Notes: generated from the letters alone by a model not told the origin. A stretch of DNA of 58,063 nucleotides from Gemmatimonadales bacterium (GCA_050114915.1 JASFRN010000003.1:1-58063); one strand, 5' to 3'; shown: positions 7,534 through 18,842, counted from the first letter of the stretch. Made by a program: numbers and translations.

Positions 7534-10401
7534 CCGCGCTCCATCGTCGTACGCGGCGCCCGCCAGCACAATCTGAAGGGCGTCGACCTCGAGATCCCGC
7601 ACCGTTCCATGACGGTCGTCACCGGTCCCAGCGGGTCCGGAAAGTCGTCCCTCGCCTTCGACACGGTGTACGCCGAGGGCCAGCGGCGGTACGTGGAGTC
7701 GCTCTCGACCTATGCCAAACAGTTCCTCGAGCGGATGCCGAAGCCGAACATCGACCGGATCGACGGGATCTGCCCGTCGGTGGCGATCGATCAGCGGAAC
7801 GCGATCCGCTCCAGCCGCTCGACCGTCGGCACGGTGACCGAGGTCTACGACTACCTGCGGCTGCTCTGGGCCCGGATCGGGAAGACGATCTGCCCGGACT
7901 GCGGCGAGCCGGTGCTCCCCGACAGCCCGACGACGGCGGCCAACGAGGTGCTCGCCGCGGCCGCGAGCGAGCTCGCCTACGTCGCCTACCCGATGCCGGT
8001 GCCCGTCGCCACGGCGGCCGCCGACGTGGCGGAGAACCTCCGCGCAGAGGGGTTCGTGCGGGTGCTGGTGGACGGGAAGGAGGTCCACCTCGACGATCCC
8101 GAGCGCAGCGAGGCGGAGGTTGCCGCCGCGCTGTCGGCCGGCTCGGAGATGTTCGTGGTCGCCGACCGGCTGCGGCTGGAGGATGACGACCGCGAGCGGC
8201 TGACCAGCGCGCTGGCCGCGGCGTTCGCGGAGGGGCAGGGGCACGCGGTGGTGCTGGTGGTGGAGCGTGGTGATGATTCGGGGCTCGCGATCACCCGCCG
8301 GTTCAGCTTCTCCGAGCGCTACCAGTGCGACTCCTGCGGGCGCGAGTTCACCGAGCCGACGCCGCTCCTGTTCAGCTTCAACCACCCGACGGGCGCCTGC
8401 GAGACCTGCAACGGCTTCGGGGCGACGCTCGAGTACGACGAGTCGCTGATCGTCCCGGACCCGGACAGGGGCCTGGCCGACGGGGCGCTCGATCCGTGGA
8501 CGAAGCCGCGCTATAAGAAGGAACGGGCGCGGTTGATGGAGTTCGCGAAAGGACGGGACATCAACCCGCATACCCCCTGGCGCGAGCTTCCCGAGGACGT
8601 CCGGCACGATCTCCTGCACGGCGCCGACGACACCGAGGGCGTCCTCCCCTTCCTCCGTGACCGCGAGCGGAAGCGCTACAAGCAGTACATCCGCGTCTTC
8701 CTGCGCGGCTACCAGCTCCCGGTCACCTGCCCGGACTGCGGCGGCGCGCGGCTCAGTCCCGAGGCGCTGGCCGTGCAGATCGACGGCCGGACGATCGCGG
8801 AGGTTTCCGCGCTGATGATCGACGAGCTGACCGCCTGGATCGAGGCGCTGGCGCCGAAGCTGTCGCCGTTCGAGGGCGGGGTCTCGGCCACGGTCCGCGA
8901 GGAGATCACCGACCGGCTGCGCTTCCTCTCGTCCGTCGGCCTCGGCTACCTGACGCTCGACCGCCAGGCGCGCTCGCTGTCGGGCGGCGAGATGCAGCGC
9001 ATCCGGCTGGCCGGGAGCCTCGGGAGCCGGCTGGTCGACACGCTCTACGTGCTCGACGAGCCGACGATCGGCCTCCACGCCCGCGACGTCGAGCAGTTCA
9101 TCGGCGTGCTCGAGAGCCTGCGCGACCGCGGGAACACGCTCCTCGTGGTCGAGCACGAGGAGGCGGTGCTCGCCGCCGCCGACCGGATCGTCGAGCTCGG
9201 ACCGGCGGCGGGTGAGAAGGGCGGGGAAGTGGTGTTCGAGGGCACGTACGAAGGCCTGTTGGCGGCCGATACGACGACGGGCGAAGCGCTGAAGCAGGCG
9301 GTCGAATCGGGCCGGAAGCGGAAGCCGCGCCAGCCCCGCGGGCACGCCTGGCTGACGCTGGAGGGTGCGACGCTCCACAACGTGAAGGACGTCGACCTCG
9401 AGATCCCGGTCGGCTGCCTGACCGTCGTCACGGGCGTCTCCGGTTCCGGGAAGTCGACGCTCGTGCACGACGTGCTCTACCACGCGCTCGAGAGTCGGCT
9501 GTCCGGAGAGCACTCGGCGCGCCGGCACCTCGGCGAGGAAGTCGGGTCGTTCGAGCGTCTCGACGGCGCGGAGCGCTTCGACGAGGTCGTGCTCGTCGAC
9601 CAGAGCCCGATCGGCCGCACGCCGCGCTCGAATCCGGTCACCTACATCAAGGCGTACGGCGAGATCCGGAAGCTGTTCGCCGAGCTCCCCGAGTCGCGCC
9701 GCCGCGGCTACGAGCCGGGCCACTTCAGCTTCAACGTGAAGGGCGGCCGCTGCGAGGCCTGCAAGGGCGCAGGCGAGGAAACCGTCGAGATGGTGTTCCT
9801 CGCCGACGTATCGGTCCCGTGCGAGATCTGCGGAGGGACCCGGTTCAAGCCGGAGATCCTCGAGGTGAAGCACCGGGGGCTGAACATCGCCGACGTTCTC
9901 GAGCTCACCGTCGACGAGGCGATCCGCTTCTTCATCCGGCAGGACCGGCTCGGCCAGGCCCTGTGGCAGCTCCAGCGCGTCGGCCTCGGCTACCTCCGCC
10001 TCGGCCAGGCCGCGACCACGCTCTCCGGCGGCGAGGCCCAGCGCCTCAAGATCGCCCGCGAGCTCGCGCAGAGCGGCGGCGCCGAAGGGAACATCTACAT
10101 CCTCGACGAGCCCACCGTCGGCCTCGGCGCCGGCGAGGTGCGGAAGCTCGTCGACGTGCTCGACCAGCTCGTCGAGGCGGGCGGCACGATCGTCGTCATC
10201 GAGCACAACCTCGACCTCGTCGCCGCCGCCGACTGGATCGTCGACCTCGGCCCGGGGGCCGCCGACGAGGGCGGTCGGATCGTCGCGGCCGGCCCGCCGC
10301 CGGCGATCATGGAGAGCGAGGCGTCGCACACGGGCCGCTTCCTGCGGCGGCGGGCCGAGCGGGAGGCGGGGGAGCCCGTGGCGGTGGGGGGCGCGGCGTA
10401 G
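7531..10401 (+). CDS. uvrA: Excinuclease ABC subunit A
   Basis: RGARQHNLKG, two Walker A motifs (GPSGSGKSS, GVSGSGKST), two ABC signatures (LSGGE), Zn-finger CxxC pairs, and both the UvrB-binding and insertion domains. Confidence 0.96.
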   Translation: MPRSIVVRGARQHNLKGVDLEIPHRSMTVVTGPSGSGKSSLAFDTVYAEGQRRYVESLSTYAKQFLERMPKPNIDRIDGICPSVAIDQRNAIRSSRSTVGTVTEVYDYLRLLWARIGKTICPDCGEPVLPDSPTTAANEVLAAAASELAYVAYPMPVPVATAAADVAENLRAEGFVRVLVDGKEVHLDDPERSEAEVAAALSAGSEMFVVADRLRLEDDDRERLTSALAAAFAEGQGHAVVLVVERGDDSGLAITRRFSFSERYQCDSCGREFTEPTPLLFSFNHPTGACETCNGFGATLEYDESLIVPDPDRGLADGALDPWTKPRYKKERARLMEFAKGRDINPHTPWRELPEDVRHDLLHGADDTEGVLPFLRDRERKRYKQYIRVFLRGYQLPVTCPDCGGARLSPEALAVQIDGRTIAEVSALMIDELTAWIEALAPKLSPFEGGVSATVREEITDRLRFLSSVGLGYLTLDRQARSLSGGEMQRIRLAGSLGSRLVDTLYVLDEPTIGLHARDVEQFIGVLESLRDRGNTLLVVEHEEAVLAAADRIVELGPAAGEKGGEVVFEGTYEGLLAADTTTGEALKQAVESGRKRKPRQPRGHAWLTLEGATLHNVKDVDLEIPVGCLTVVTGVSGSGKSTLVHDVLYHALESRLSGEHSARRHLGEEVGSFERLDGAERFDEVVLVDQSPIGRTPRSNPVTYIKAYGEIRKLFAELPESRRRGYEPGHFSFNVKGGRCEACKGAGEETVEMVFLADVSVPCEICGGTRFKPEILEVKHRGLNIADVLELTVDEAIRFFIRQDRLGQALWQLQRVGLGYLRLGQAATTLSGGEAQRLKIARELAQSGGAEGNIYILDEPTVGLGAGEVRKLVDVLDQLVEAGGTIVVIEHNLDLVAAADWIVDLGPGAADEGGRIVAAGPPPAIMESEASHTGRFLRRRAEREAGEPVAVGGAA

Positions 10402-10413
10402 GAGCCGGGGACG

Positions 10414-10944
10414 CTAGCCGGCGCCGAATCGGACTCCGACGTCCAGGCGTGCCTGCCGCGCAGGCGCGTCGAGGTCGACGTCGAGCCAGCGCAGCTCCTT
10501 CATGGCGCGACCACCCACGTATCCGAGCGCGGTGCCGATCACCCCGACGATCGCGCAGCCGGATCCCGACGGGATGTCGAGGCCGGACTGCGAGGACTCT
10601 CCCGTGAGCTGCAACCCCACGAAGCATCCCGCCGCCGCTCCGAACACGGTGCCGAACCAGCGGTAGTCGGACGTGCCGCGCCGGACCTGGAGCTTCTTCA
10701 GCCGATCCCGCTCGATCCTGAGATCCCGCCCCGCGATGCGCAGGTGAACCGCCGCGTCGCTGACGCCTGCAAAGCTCGCTCGGGGCAGCCTGCGGGTCCA
10801 CGCGGAGCCGACGCTGTCGAAGCGCACGATCTCGCCCTGCTCGAGGTCGTGAAGTGTCTGGGCGCCTGCTGGTGATGGGGTGAAGATCGCCGCCGCCACG
10901 GCCGCGACGAGCGAGAGGGATGCCAGCCTCCGCGAAAAGCTCAT
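10414..10944 (-). CDS. Hypothetical exported or membrane protein
   Basis: Signal peptide ending AGA|Q, a short beta-rich domain, then two Gly-rich hydrophobic segments. Confidence 0.6.
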   Translation of the reverse strand: MSFSRRLASLSLVAAVAAAIFTPSPAGAQTLHDLEQGEIVRFDSVGSAWTRRLPRASFAGVSDAAVHLRIAGRDLRIERDRLKKLQVRRGTSDYRWFGTVFGAAAGCFVGLQLTGESSQSGLDIPSGSGCAIVGVIGTALGYVGGRAMKELRWLDVDLDAPARQARLDVGVRFGAG

Positions 10945-11078
10945 GGGGGCACTGCCTTCCGTTCCGGTCGCTTGAGGGGGCGCCGAACCGGCGGCACCGT
11001 AGACGTAAGTGGTGTGAGTGGCAAGCAGCGACCGAGTGCACCTTCCGCCCCGGCCCCCGCCACCCCTACCTTTCTCCC

Positions 11079-12164
11079 GTGGACACGCCACCGCCCGGCC
11101 CGCGCCCCCGCCTCTCCGTCCTCCTCCCCTGTCACGACGCCGCGCCGACCCTCCCCGACGCCATCGCCAGCCTCCGCGCCCAGACGCTGGAGAACTTCGA
11201 GGTCATCGCCGTCGACGACCGCTCGAGCGACGCCACCGCCGACCTCCTGGCCGATTGGGCGGCGCGAGACCCCCGCGTCACCGTTCTCACGCGCGCCCAG
11301 CAGATCATCGTCCACTCCGGCCTCGTCCCGGCCCTCAACCAGGCCGCCGCGGTCGCCCGCGCGCCCCTCCTGGCCCGCATGGACGCCGACGACGTCGCGC
11401 ACCCCGAGCGCTTCGAACGCCAGGCGAGCTACCTCGCCGCACACCCCGGCCTCGCCGGCTGCGGCGCGCATGTCGAGCTGTTCTCGCCGGGCCAGATCCG
11501 CTCGGGCTACCGGCGCTACGAGCGCTGGATCAACGGCATCGAGACCCCCGAGGACGTGCGGAAGAACGCCATCGTCGAGTGTCCGATCGCCCACCCGACG
11601 CTGGTGATCAAGAAGACCGTGTTCGACGCCCTCGGCGGCTACCGGGACATGGGCTGGCCCGAGGACCACGACCTGGTCCTCCGCGTGCTTGCCGCGGGCG
11701 CCCGGCTGGCGAACCTCCCCGGGAATCCGCTCCTCCGCTGGCGGATTCGCGAGGACCGTCTGTCCCTCACCTCCCCGGCCTACGAGCCGGCGGCCTTCCG
11801 CCGCTGCCGCGTACATTTCCTGCGAGCGGTGTTCCTCGACCCGATCCGGGACGTCGTCGTGTGGGGCGCCGGCCGCGTCGGGAAGCCGCTCGCCCGCGAG
11901 CTGATCCGGCAGGGGACGCCCGTCGCCGCCTTCGTGGACCTCGACGCGCGGAAGATCGGCCAGGAGATCCACGGGGCGCCGGTGCTGTCTCCGGACGAGT
12001 TCGCCGAGCGCGCGGAGGCGCAGACCGGGCCCCCGAAGGCAGCCTCATCACCCCGCCCCTACGTCCTGGTCGCCGTCGGTTCCCCCGGGGTCCGCGACGA
12101 GATCCGCGAGGCCCTCGAAGCCCGCGGCTTCCACGAGCTCGACGACTTCCGCTTCTGCGCCTGA
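11079..12164 (+). CDS. Glycosyltransferase family 2 with a C-terminal Rossmann-like domain
   Basis: LSVLLPCHDA, VDDRSSD, ARMDADD (DxD), EDHDL, then VVVWGAGRVGK. GTG start, no SD, preceded by TACCTT-N6. Confidence 0.88.
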   Translation: MDTPPPGPRPRLSVLLPCHDAAPTLPDAIASLRAQTLENFEVIAVDDRSSDATADLLADWAARDPRVTVLTRAQQIIVHSGLVPALNQAAAVARAPLLARMDADDVAHPERFERQASYLAAHPGLAGCGAHVELFSPGQIRSGYRRYERWINGIETPEDVRKNAIVECPIAHPTLVIKKTVFDALGGYRDMGWPEDHDLVLRVLAAGARLANLPGNPLLRWRIREDRLSLTSPAYEPAAFRRCRVHFLRAVFLDPIRDVVVWGAGRVGKPLARELIRQGTPVAAFVDLDARKIGQEIHGAPVLSPDEFAERAEAQTGPPKAASSPRPYVLVAVGSPGVRDEIREALEARGFHELDDFRFCA

Positions 12165-12435
12165 AAGACGGTCCGCGGCGGCCGGCGCCGCGAACCGGGA
12201 ATCGAGCTGTTCAGCCCTCGCGGCGGACCCCGCAAAGCCGTATATTTCTTGGGTTATCGGGCGATCGGGGAGTCCCGTTGGCGCCGCGTTGAGATCGCGC
12301 CGCAGGACCACGAGAGACGCGTGACGGAACACGCCGTGCCGCACCCGCCCGGGCGCGCCCGCCGCACGAGGCCGCAGCCGGCCCCGGGCGCCATCCCGAC
12401 AGGCACCACCAGACATACATCACACGCCGGAGCCT

Positions 12436-14982
12436 ATGGAAATCCTCGACAGAACCGACCGGATCGAACAGCGTCTGCTGGAAGACGAGATGCGAGATTC
12501 GTTCATCGACTATTCGATGAGCGTCATCGTCCAGCGGGCCCTTCCCGACGTTCGTGACGGCCTGAAGCCGGTGCACCGCCGGATCCTCTACGCGATGCAC
12601 GAGGGCGGGCTGGCGCCGAACCGGCCGTACAAGAAGAGCGCGACCGTGGTCGGTGACGTGCTCGGCAAATACCATCCGCACGGCGACAGCGCGGTCTACG
12701 ACTCGCTCGTGCGCATGGTGCAGGACTTCTCGCTCCGCTATCCGCTCGTCGACGGCCAGGGGAACTTCGGCTCGATCGACGGCGACAGCGCGGCGGCCTA
12801 CCGGTACACCGAGGCGCGGCTCGAGCGTCTCGCCACCGACATGCTGACCGACATCGAGAAGGAGACCGTCGACTTCTCGCCGAACTTCGACGACCGGCTC
12901 ATGGAGCCCATCGTTCTGCCTTCGGGGCCGCCGAACCTGCTGATCAACGGCTCTTCCGGGATCGCGGTCGGGATGGCGACGAACATCCCGCCGCACAATC
13001 TCGGAGAGGTCGTGGCCGCCTGCCAGGCGCTGATCGACGACCCCGAGCTCACCTCCGAAGACCTGATGGAGTACGTGAAGGGCCCCGACTTCCCGACCGG
13101 TGGTCTCGTCTACGGGAAGGACGGGATCCGCGAGGCGTACACCGAAGGGCGCGGCCGGGTCGTCATGCGCGGGCGCGCTCACATCGAGGAGCGTCCCGGG
13201 CAGGGCGAGCGGATCATCGTGACCGAGATCCCGTTCATGGTGAACAAGAGCCGGCTGATCGAGCAGATCGCTCAGCTCGTGCGCGACAAGAAGGTGACCG
13301 AGATCTCCGACCTGCGCGACGAGTCGGATCGCGAGGGGATCCGGATCGTGGTCGACCTGAAGCGCGACGCGATCCCGCAGATCGTGCTGAACCAGCTGTT
13401 CAAGCACACGCAGATGCAGTCGACGTTCGGCGTGATCATGCTGGCGCTCGACCACGGCATCCCGAAGGTCATGACGCTCAAGGAGGTGCTGTCCCACTTC
13501 CTCGACCACCGGCACGAAGTCGTCGTCCGGCGCTCCGAGTACGATCTGCGGGCCGCCCGCCAGCGGGAGCACATCCTCGAGGGACTGAAGATCGCCGTCG
13601 ACAACATCGACGAGGTCGTGGCGATGATCCGCGGGTCCTCCGACACCGACGAAGCGTCCACACGGCTGCAGGAGCGCTTCGAGCTCTCGGCCGAGCAGGC
13701 GTCGGCGATCCTGGCGATGCGCCTCTCGCGCCTCACCGGTCTCGAGATCGAGAAGCTCGAGCAGGAGCTCTCCGAAGTCCGCGCCGAGATCGCCCGGCTC
13801 GACGAGCTCCTCGCCTCGCGCGAGCTGCGGATGAAGACCATCCACGACGAGCTCGCCGAGATCGCCGATCGCTACGACGATCCGCGGCGCACCGAGATCG
13901 TGGGCGAGACCGCGAGCTTCGATCCGGAGGACCTGATCGCCGACGAGCCGATGGTGATCACCGTCTCGAACCAGGGCTACATCAAGCGCATCCCGCTCGA
14001 TACCTACCGCCAGCAGCGCCGCGGCGGCCGGGGCATCGCCGGGATGGGCACCAAGGACGAGGACTGGGTGGAGCACCTGTTCACCGCCTCGGCCCACGAT
14101 TACCTGATGTTCATCACCGAGCGCGGACAGCTCTACTGGCTGAAGGTGCACCAGATCCCGCAGGCTTCGCGCACGTCGCGCGGCAAGCCGATCATCAACC
14201 TGCTGCCCGTCGACCACGACGAGACGATCGCGTCGATCGTGCGCACGCGGGAGTTTCCGGAAGACCGCTACCTGCTGTTCGCCACCCGCCAGGGGCAGGT
14301 GAAGAAGACCAGCCTCGCGGCCTACTCGAACGTCCGCAGCGTCGGGCTCAACGCGATCAACATCGTCGACGGCGACGCGCTGATCGACGTGCAGCTGATC
14401 GACCCGGGCAATCACATCCTGCTCGTGACGCGAAAGGGAATGGCGATCCGCTTCGACGAGAGCGACGCCCGGCCGATGGGACGCGCCACGCAGGGTGTGC
14501 GCGGCATCCGGTTGAAGGGTGGTGACGAGGTCGTCGCGATGGTCGTCGAGCGCGAGGAGGAGGCGAGTATCCTGACCGTGACCGGCAAGGGGATGGGCAA
14601 GCGGACCAGCATCTCCGAGTATCGCGTGCAGCACCGGGGCGGGATGGGCCTGATCAACTTCCGCCTCTCGGGCAAGACCGGCGACGTCGTGGCCGCGAAG
14701 GAAGTCGTGGACGACGACGAGCTGATGCTGGTCACGCGAAACGGCGTGATCAACCGGCAGCGGGCCGACGAGATCCGGGTGATCGGCCGCAATACGCAGG
14801 GGGTGCGGGTCATCACGCTGGACGACGGGGACGATCTCGTCGACCTGGCCCGCGTGGCCCGCGACATCGACGAGGGGGACGAGGACGAGTCGCTGGACGG
14901 CGAGGCGGAGAACGGCGAAGAGGCCGACGCCGACGCCGACGAGCTCGAGGCCGCCGGGACCGGAGATGGCGCCGAGGGCTGA
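12436..14982 (+). CDS. gyrA: DNA gyrase subunit A
   Basis: [27 protein letters not shown], catalytic AAAYRYTE, GyrA-box QRRGGRG, beta-pinwheel repeats and an acidic tail. GGAG SD. Confidence 0.98.
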   Translation: MEILDRTDRIEQRLLEDEMRDSFIDYSMSVIVQRALPDVRDGLKPVHRRILYAMHEGGLAPNRPYKKSATVVGDVLGKYHPHGDSAVYDSLVRMVQDFSLRYPLVDGQGNFGSIDGDSAAAYRYTEARLERLATDMLTDIEKETVDFSPNFDDRLMEPIVLPSGPPNLLINGSSGIAVGMATNIPPHNLGEVVAACQALIDDPELTSEDLMEYVKGPDFPTGGLVYGKDGIREAYTEGRGRVVMRGRAHIEERPGQGERIIVTEIPFMVNKSRLIEQIAQLVRDKKVTEISDLRDESDREGIRIVVDLKRDAIPQIVLNQLFKHTQMQSTFGVIMLALDHGIPKVMTLKEVLSHFLDHRHEVVVRRSEYDLRAARQREHILEGLKIAVDNIDEVVAMIRGSSDTDEASTRLQERFELSAEQASAILAMRLSRLTGLEIEKLEQELSEVRAEIARLDELLASRELRMKTIHDELAEIADRYDDPRRTEIVGETASFDPEDLIADEPMVITVSNQGYIKRIPLDTYRQQRRGGRGIAGMGTKDEDWVEHLFTASAHDYLMFITERGQLYWLKVHQIPQASRTSRGKPIINLLPVDHDETIASIVRTREFPEDRYLLFATRQGQVKKTSLAAYSNVRSVGLNAINIVDGDALIDVQLIDPGNHILLVTRKGMAIRFDESDARPMGRATQGVRGIRLKGGDEVVAMVVEREEEASILTVTGKGMGKRTSISEYRVQHRGGMGLINFRLSGKTGDVVAAKEVVDDDELMLVTRNGVINRQRADEIRVIGRNTQGVRVITLDDGDDLVDLARVARDIDEGDEDESLDGEAENGEEADADADELEAAGTGDGAEG

Positions 14983-15991
14983 CCTCGCCTCCGGGCTCGT
15001 CTCGCTCGACGAGATCCGCGGCGCCGCGGCGCGGATTCGGGGGACGGCCGTCCGCACCCCGCTGCTGGACTCGTGGCTCGGCCGTCCGGGGGGCACGCGG
15101 GTGTGGCTCAAGTGCGAGTCGCTGCAGCACGTCGGCGCCTTCAAGCTGCGGGGCGCCTACAACTTCATCTCGTCGCTGGACCCTGCGGAGCGCGTTCGCG
15201 GCGTCGTGACCTACTCCTCGGGAAATCATGCCCAGGCCGTGGCGTGGAGCGCCCGCGAATTCGGGATCTCGGCCACCGTCGTCATGCCCGTCGACGCCCC
15301 CACGATCAAGCGCGATGCGGTCCTGGCGATGGGGGGAGACGTCGAGCAGGTCGGCACCACGACCACGGAGCGCAAGGCGCGGGCCGAAGAGATCGTCGCC
15401 GGCGGCGGCGGGGTCATGGTCCCGCCGTTCGACGATCCCACGATCATCGCGGGGCAGGGGACCGTGGGCCTCGAGATCGTCGAGCAGCTCACGGCCGCCC
15501 GTGAGCGCGATCCCGGCGTCGGCCGGCTCGGTCTCGTGGTCGTGCCGATCGGCGGCGGCGGGCTCCTGTCCGGCGTGGCCGCCGCCGTGCGGCGGCTCTC
15601 CCCGGAAACCCGAATCGTCGGCGTGGAGCCCGAGGGCGCTCCCAAGATGCGCCGGTCGCTCGACGCCGGTGAGCCGGTGACGCTCGAGACCATCGATACG
15701 ATCGCCGACGGCCTGAAGCCCGTGCGGCCCGGCGACCTGACGTTCACCCACACCCGAGAGCTGGTGGACGACGTCGTGACGCTGACCGACGAGTCGATGC
15801 GCGATGCCGTGCTGTGGTGCTACGGCCGCCGGCTCGTCGTCGAGCCCAGCGGCGCGGCGGCCGTGGCCGCCCTGCGCTCCGGCCGCGTGGTCCCCGCCCT
15901 CACCGGCGAGACCGTCGCGGTGCTGTCCGGCGGCAACCTCGACCCGACGCTCCTCCAGCGCTGGATGGAGACGGGAGGCGCCGATGGCTGA
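14966..15991 (+). CDS. PLP-dependent threonine/serine dehydratase family protein, short form with no ACT domain
   Basis: [36 protein letters not shown] and LSGGN motifs. Confidence 0.9.
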   Translation: MAPRADLASGLVSLDEIRGAAARIRGTAVRTPLLDSWLGRPGGTRVWLKCESLQHVGAFKLRGAYNFISSLDPAERVRGVVTYSSGNHAQAVAWSAREFGISATVVMPVDAPTIKRDAVLAMGGDVEQVGTTTTERKARAEEIVAGGGGVMVPPFDDPTIIAGQGTVGLEIVEQLTAARERDPGVGRLGLVVVPIGGGGLLSGVAAAVRRLSPETRIVGVEPEGAPKMRRSLDAGEPVTLETIDTIADGLKPVRPGDLTFTHTRELVDDVVTLTDESMRDAVLWCYGRRLVVEPSGAAAVAALRSGRVVPALTGETVAVLSGGNLDPTLLQRWMETGGADG

Positions 15992-16745
15992 GTCGTTCGT
16001 GGCCGTCACGGCCGGGCTGGCGACGAGCGAGGCCGGGATCCGGCGCTCGGTCGTCGAGGCCGGTTATCTGCAGGGCGTCAGCGTCGCCGGCCTGCTACCG
16101 CTCGTCCTGTCGCCGCTCGACGAGCCGTCCACCTGGCGCCGCCTGTTCGACCGGGCCGAAGCGCTTCTGCTCACCGGCGGGGCGGACGTCGATCCGATGC
16201 GCTACGGCGAGTCGATGAACGGTGCCCGCCACACGGCGCCCGAGCGCGACGAGATGGAGTTCTCGCTCCTCGCCACGGCGCTCGAGCGTGGCCTGCCCGT
16301 GCTCGCCATCTGCCGGGGCATGCAGGTGCTGAACGTCGCGCTCGGCGGGAACCTCCATCAGGACCTGGCGGCCGACTTCGACGCCTCGATCTCGCACGAC
16401 AGCTGGCGGGACGTCGACGCCTCGATCCACGGAGTCGCGCCGGACGCCCCGGAGCTCCTGCGGGGCGTGTTCAACGGCGCGCCCACTGTGCAGAACTCCG
16501 CCCATCACCAGGGGGTGGAGCGCCTGGCCGAGGGGCTGACGGCGGTCGGCCGGGCGCCCGATGGACTGGTCGAAGCCGTGGAGTATCGCCGGTCCGGGTC
16601 GTGGGCCGTCGGCGTGCAGTGGCACCCGGAGCGGAAGATCGATCGCGACGACGGCGTGAACCGCCGGCTGTTCGAGCGCTTCGGCGCCGCGGTGCGCGGC
16701 GGGCCCGACGGCGGCTTCGGCGGCAACGGGGCGGACCGCCGATGA
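15984..16745 (+). CDS. Peptidase C26 / gamma-glutamyl-gamma-aminobutyrate hydrolase family (class I glutamine amidotransferase fold)
   Basis: LLLTGGADVDP, RDEME, nucleophile AICRGMQ, NSAHHQG and VQWHPE. Confidence 0.9.
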   Translation: MAESFVAVTAGLATSEAGIRRSVVEAGYLQGVSVAGLLPLVLSPLDEPSTWRRLFDRAEALLLTGGADVDPMRYGESMNGARHTAPERDEMEFSLLATALERGLPVLAICRGMQVLNVALGGNLHQDLAADFDASISHDSWRDVDASIHGVAPDAPELLRGVFNGAPTVQNSAHHQGVERLAEGLTAVGRAPDGLVEAVEYRRSGSWAVGVQWHPERKIDRDDGVNRRLFERFGAAVRGGPDGGFGGNGADRR

Positions 16746-17440
16746 ACAGGGCCGCCCTGCTGTTCGACGTCGACGGCACCCTCGCGGACACGCTGGGGGC
16801 CGGGAAGGCCGCTCTCGCCGCCGCGATGACGGAGGTGTGCGGCGAGACCGGCCCGGTCGAGCACTACGATTTCCATGGCCGTACCGATCCGGAGATCGTG
16901 CGCGGCCTGCTGCGAGCGGCCGGTTGGCCCGATGCGGAGATCGATCCGACCTTCGCCGAGCTGTGGCCCGCCTACCTGGGGCGCCTGCGCGACGAGCTCG
17001 CGGCGCGGGCCGGACGCGCTCGGGCCCTCGCCGGCGTTCCCGCGCTCCTCGACCGCCTGGCCGGCGACGAACGCTTCGCCTGCGGGCTGGTGACCGGGAA
17101 CGTAGAGCAGGGGGCGCGCCTCAAGCTCACCGCGATCGGCTGCGCGGACCGCTTCACGTTCGGCGCCTACGGCTCGGACGCCGAGGAGCGCGACTTGTTG
17201 CCGGCCGTGGCGCTCGCCCGAGCCGCCGAGCGGTACGGCACGCCGTTCGACGCGGGCCGCTCCGTGGTGATCGGTGACACTCCCGCCGACATCCGGTGCG
17301 CCCGCGCCGCCGGCACGCGCGTGCTGGCGGTGGCGACCGGGCGCCATCGTGCGGAGGAGCTCGCGGCCTGTGGGCCCGATGCGGTGTTCGCGGACCTCGG
17401 CGACGCCGACCGGGTCGTGGAGTTTCTCCTCGATGCCTGA
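16742..17440 (+). CDS. HAD family hydrolase (phosphoglycolate phosphatase-like)
   Basis: Motif I FDVDGT, motif II VTGN, motif IV IGDTPAD. Confidence 0.9.
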   Translation: MNRAALLFDVDGTLADTLGAGKAALAAAMTEVCGETGPVEHYDFHGRTDPEIVRGLLRAAGWPDAEIDPTFAELWPAYLGRLRDELAARAGRARALAGVPALLDRLAGDERFACGLVTGNVEQGARLKLTAIGCADRFTFGAYGSDAEERDLLPAVALARAAERYGTPFDAGRSVVIGDTPADIRCARAAGTRVLAVATGRHRAEELAACGPDAVFADLGDADRVVEFLLDA

Positions 17441-18842
17441 CTCGTCCGTTCGTCCCCTCGTGCTCGACGTATTCGTCCAGGGAGCCGGCGTGCAGCGCGA
17501 CGTCGCCGTCGAGGCGAACGCCGCCGGGATGCGCGTCGGTGACCGCACCGTGCCCTGGCGGGAGGTGCTCTGGGTGAGCCGTCGGTCGGGGATGATCCTC
17601 GTGTTCACGGCGCACGCGAACCTCGCGATCCAGGCGAGCGGCAAGCAGCTCGGGCAGGTCGAGAGCTGGTTCGAGACGCACGTCGACCAGACGGAGCTCC
17701 GGCGCGGTCTCGTGCGCCAGCTCGGGCACGAAGTCGTGCTGTTCGCCGCCGGTTGCGCGGTCGACGGACGACTGGAGGGCAGCCGACTGCGCGGACTGTT
17801 CCTCGCGGCGGCGACGCGTCGCGCCCTCTACCTGCTGTCCGGCGGCGGCCAGTATACCATCGAGTGGCCCGTCGATCGGGTGAAGCGGCAGCTCGCCCGG
17901 CCCGGGGAGATCGGCGGCGACGGGTTGCTGCTGAGCCGGGGCGACGACGAGGTGTTGCTCAGGTATCTCTTCCCCGAGGAAGTGGTCGCGCTCGCGACGG
18001 CCTGCCGCAAGCAGCCGCCGCCGCGTTCGGGCGACAGTCCCACGCTCGAGCTGTTCAGCCGCAAGGAAGTCTCGCCCCCTCCACCCGCCGAGCTTCCCCA
18101 GTTCTCGGTCGCGGCCGGGGCGCTGCACGAGGTGGCCGGCCGCGCGGCGGCGAACGTGCCCGGTGAGCTGCGCGGGCGCGCCGGTCTCGAGCCCGATTTC
18201 TTCGAGACGCACTTCCTCGAGCTCGGCGAGATCGCTCTCGGGCCGCTGATCCTCCGCAAATCAGCCGCCTCGACGGCCGGAAGCTTGCGCAAAGCGGCGG
18301 AGGCGATGGACGCCGAGGGTCTACGCGAGGATACGCACGCGGCCGTGGCGGCGGCCACGGAACGGATGCTGGGAGTGTTCACGGCGGAGGCGGAGCGACT
18401 CGCGGCCGAGCGCGGCCTGTCACTCGAGGCGGCGGACGACGATGCCGCGCTGGGCGACGCGGAACGCGAGGCACTGATCGATCGCATGCAGGCGCCGTTC
18501 GTGCGCCTGTGGGCGCGCTTCGAGGGCCTCGAGCAGCAGGGCACGGAGCTCATCGAATTGCTCGGCGCCTACGAAGAGGGACCTCCGGGTGACGACGACC
18601 GGATCGACGAGGCGGCCGGCGAGTGGCGAGCCACTCTGAGCCGGCTCGACGCCGGCTACGTGGGGGCCTGGCGAGAGCTCGTCGAGGAGATCGAGAAGAC
18701 GTGGTCCACGGAGTTGCTGCCGCGGCTCGTGCGGATCACGCTGCGCGAGCGGGAAGGACTGCCGGAGTGGGCGCAGCTCGCGGGCCTCGGTCTACTCACG
18801 CTGCTCGTCGTGGCGGCACTCGTGTTCTTCTTCGTGGTATGA
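17433..18842 (+). CDS. Hypothetical protein with a C-terminal membrane anchor
   Basis: 469 aa with typical codon usage. Start overlaps the HAD stop. Two beta-rich N-terminal units, a helical acidic region, and a single hydrophobic helix at the extreme C-terminus. Confidence 0.75.
   Translation: MPDSSVRPLVLDVFVQGAGVQRDVAVEANAAGMRVGDRTVPWREVLWVSRRSGMILVFTAHANLAIQASGKQLGQVESWFETHVDQTELRRGLVRQLGHEVVLFAAGCAVDGRLEGSRLRGLFLAAATRRALYLLSGGGQYTIEWPVDRVKRQLARPGEIGGDGLLLSRGDDEVLLRYLFPEEVVALATACRKQPPPRSGDSPTLELFSRKEVSPPPPAELPQFSVAAGALHEVAGRAAANVPGELRGRAGLEPDFFETHFLELGEIALGPLILRKSAASTAGSLRKAAEAMDAEGLREDTHAAVAAATERMLGVFTAEAERLAAERGLSLEAADDDAALGDAEREALIDRMQAPFVRLWARFEGLEQQGTELIELLGAYEEGPPGDDDRIDEAAGEWRATLSRLDAGYVGAWRELVEEIEKTWSTELLPRLVRITLREREGLPEWAQLAGLGLLTLLVVAALVFFFVV

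Noticed and set aside
7531-10401. UvrA as a class II / DrrC-like drug-resistance protein next to an ABC exporter
   Set aside because: The UvrB-binding domain, insertion domain and Zn fingers are all present, consistent with a repair-type UvrA.
12222-12246. GGAC...GCAAAGCC resembling part of a c-di-GMP-I riboswitch upstream of gyrA
   Set aside because: The GCAAAC/GNRA P2 elements and P1 pairing are missing. The adjacent TATATT is more simply a -10 element.
12679-12702. Quinolone-resistance-determining region of GyrA
   Set aside because: HGDSAVYD keeps the Ser and the acidic residue of sensitive enzymes, so there is no resistance signal.
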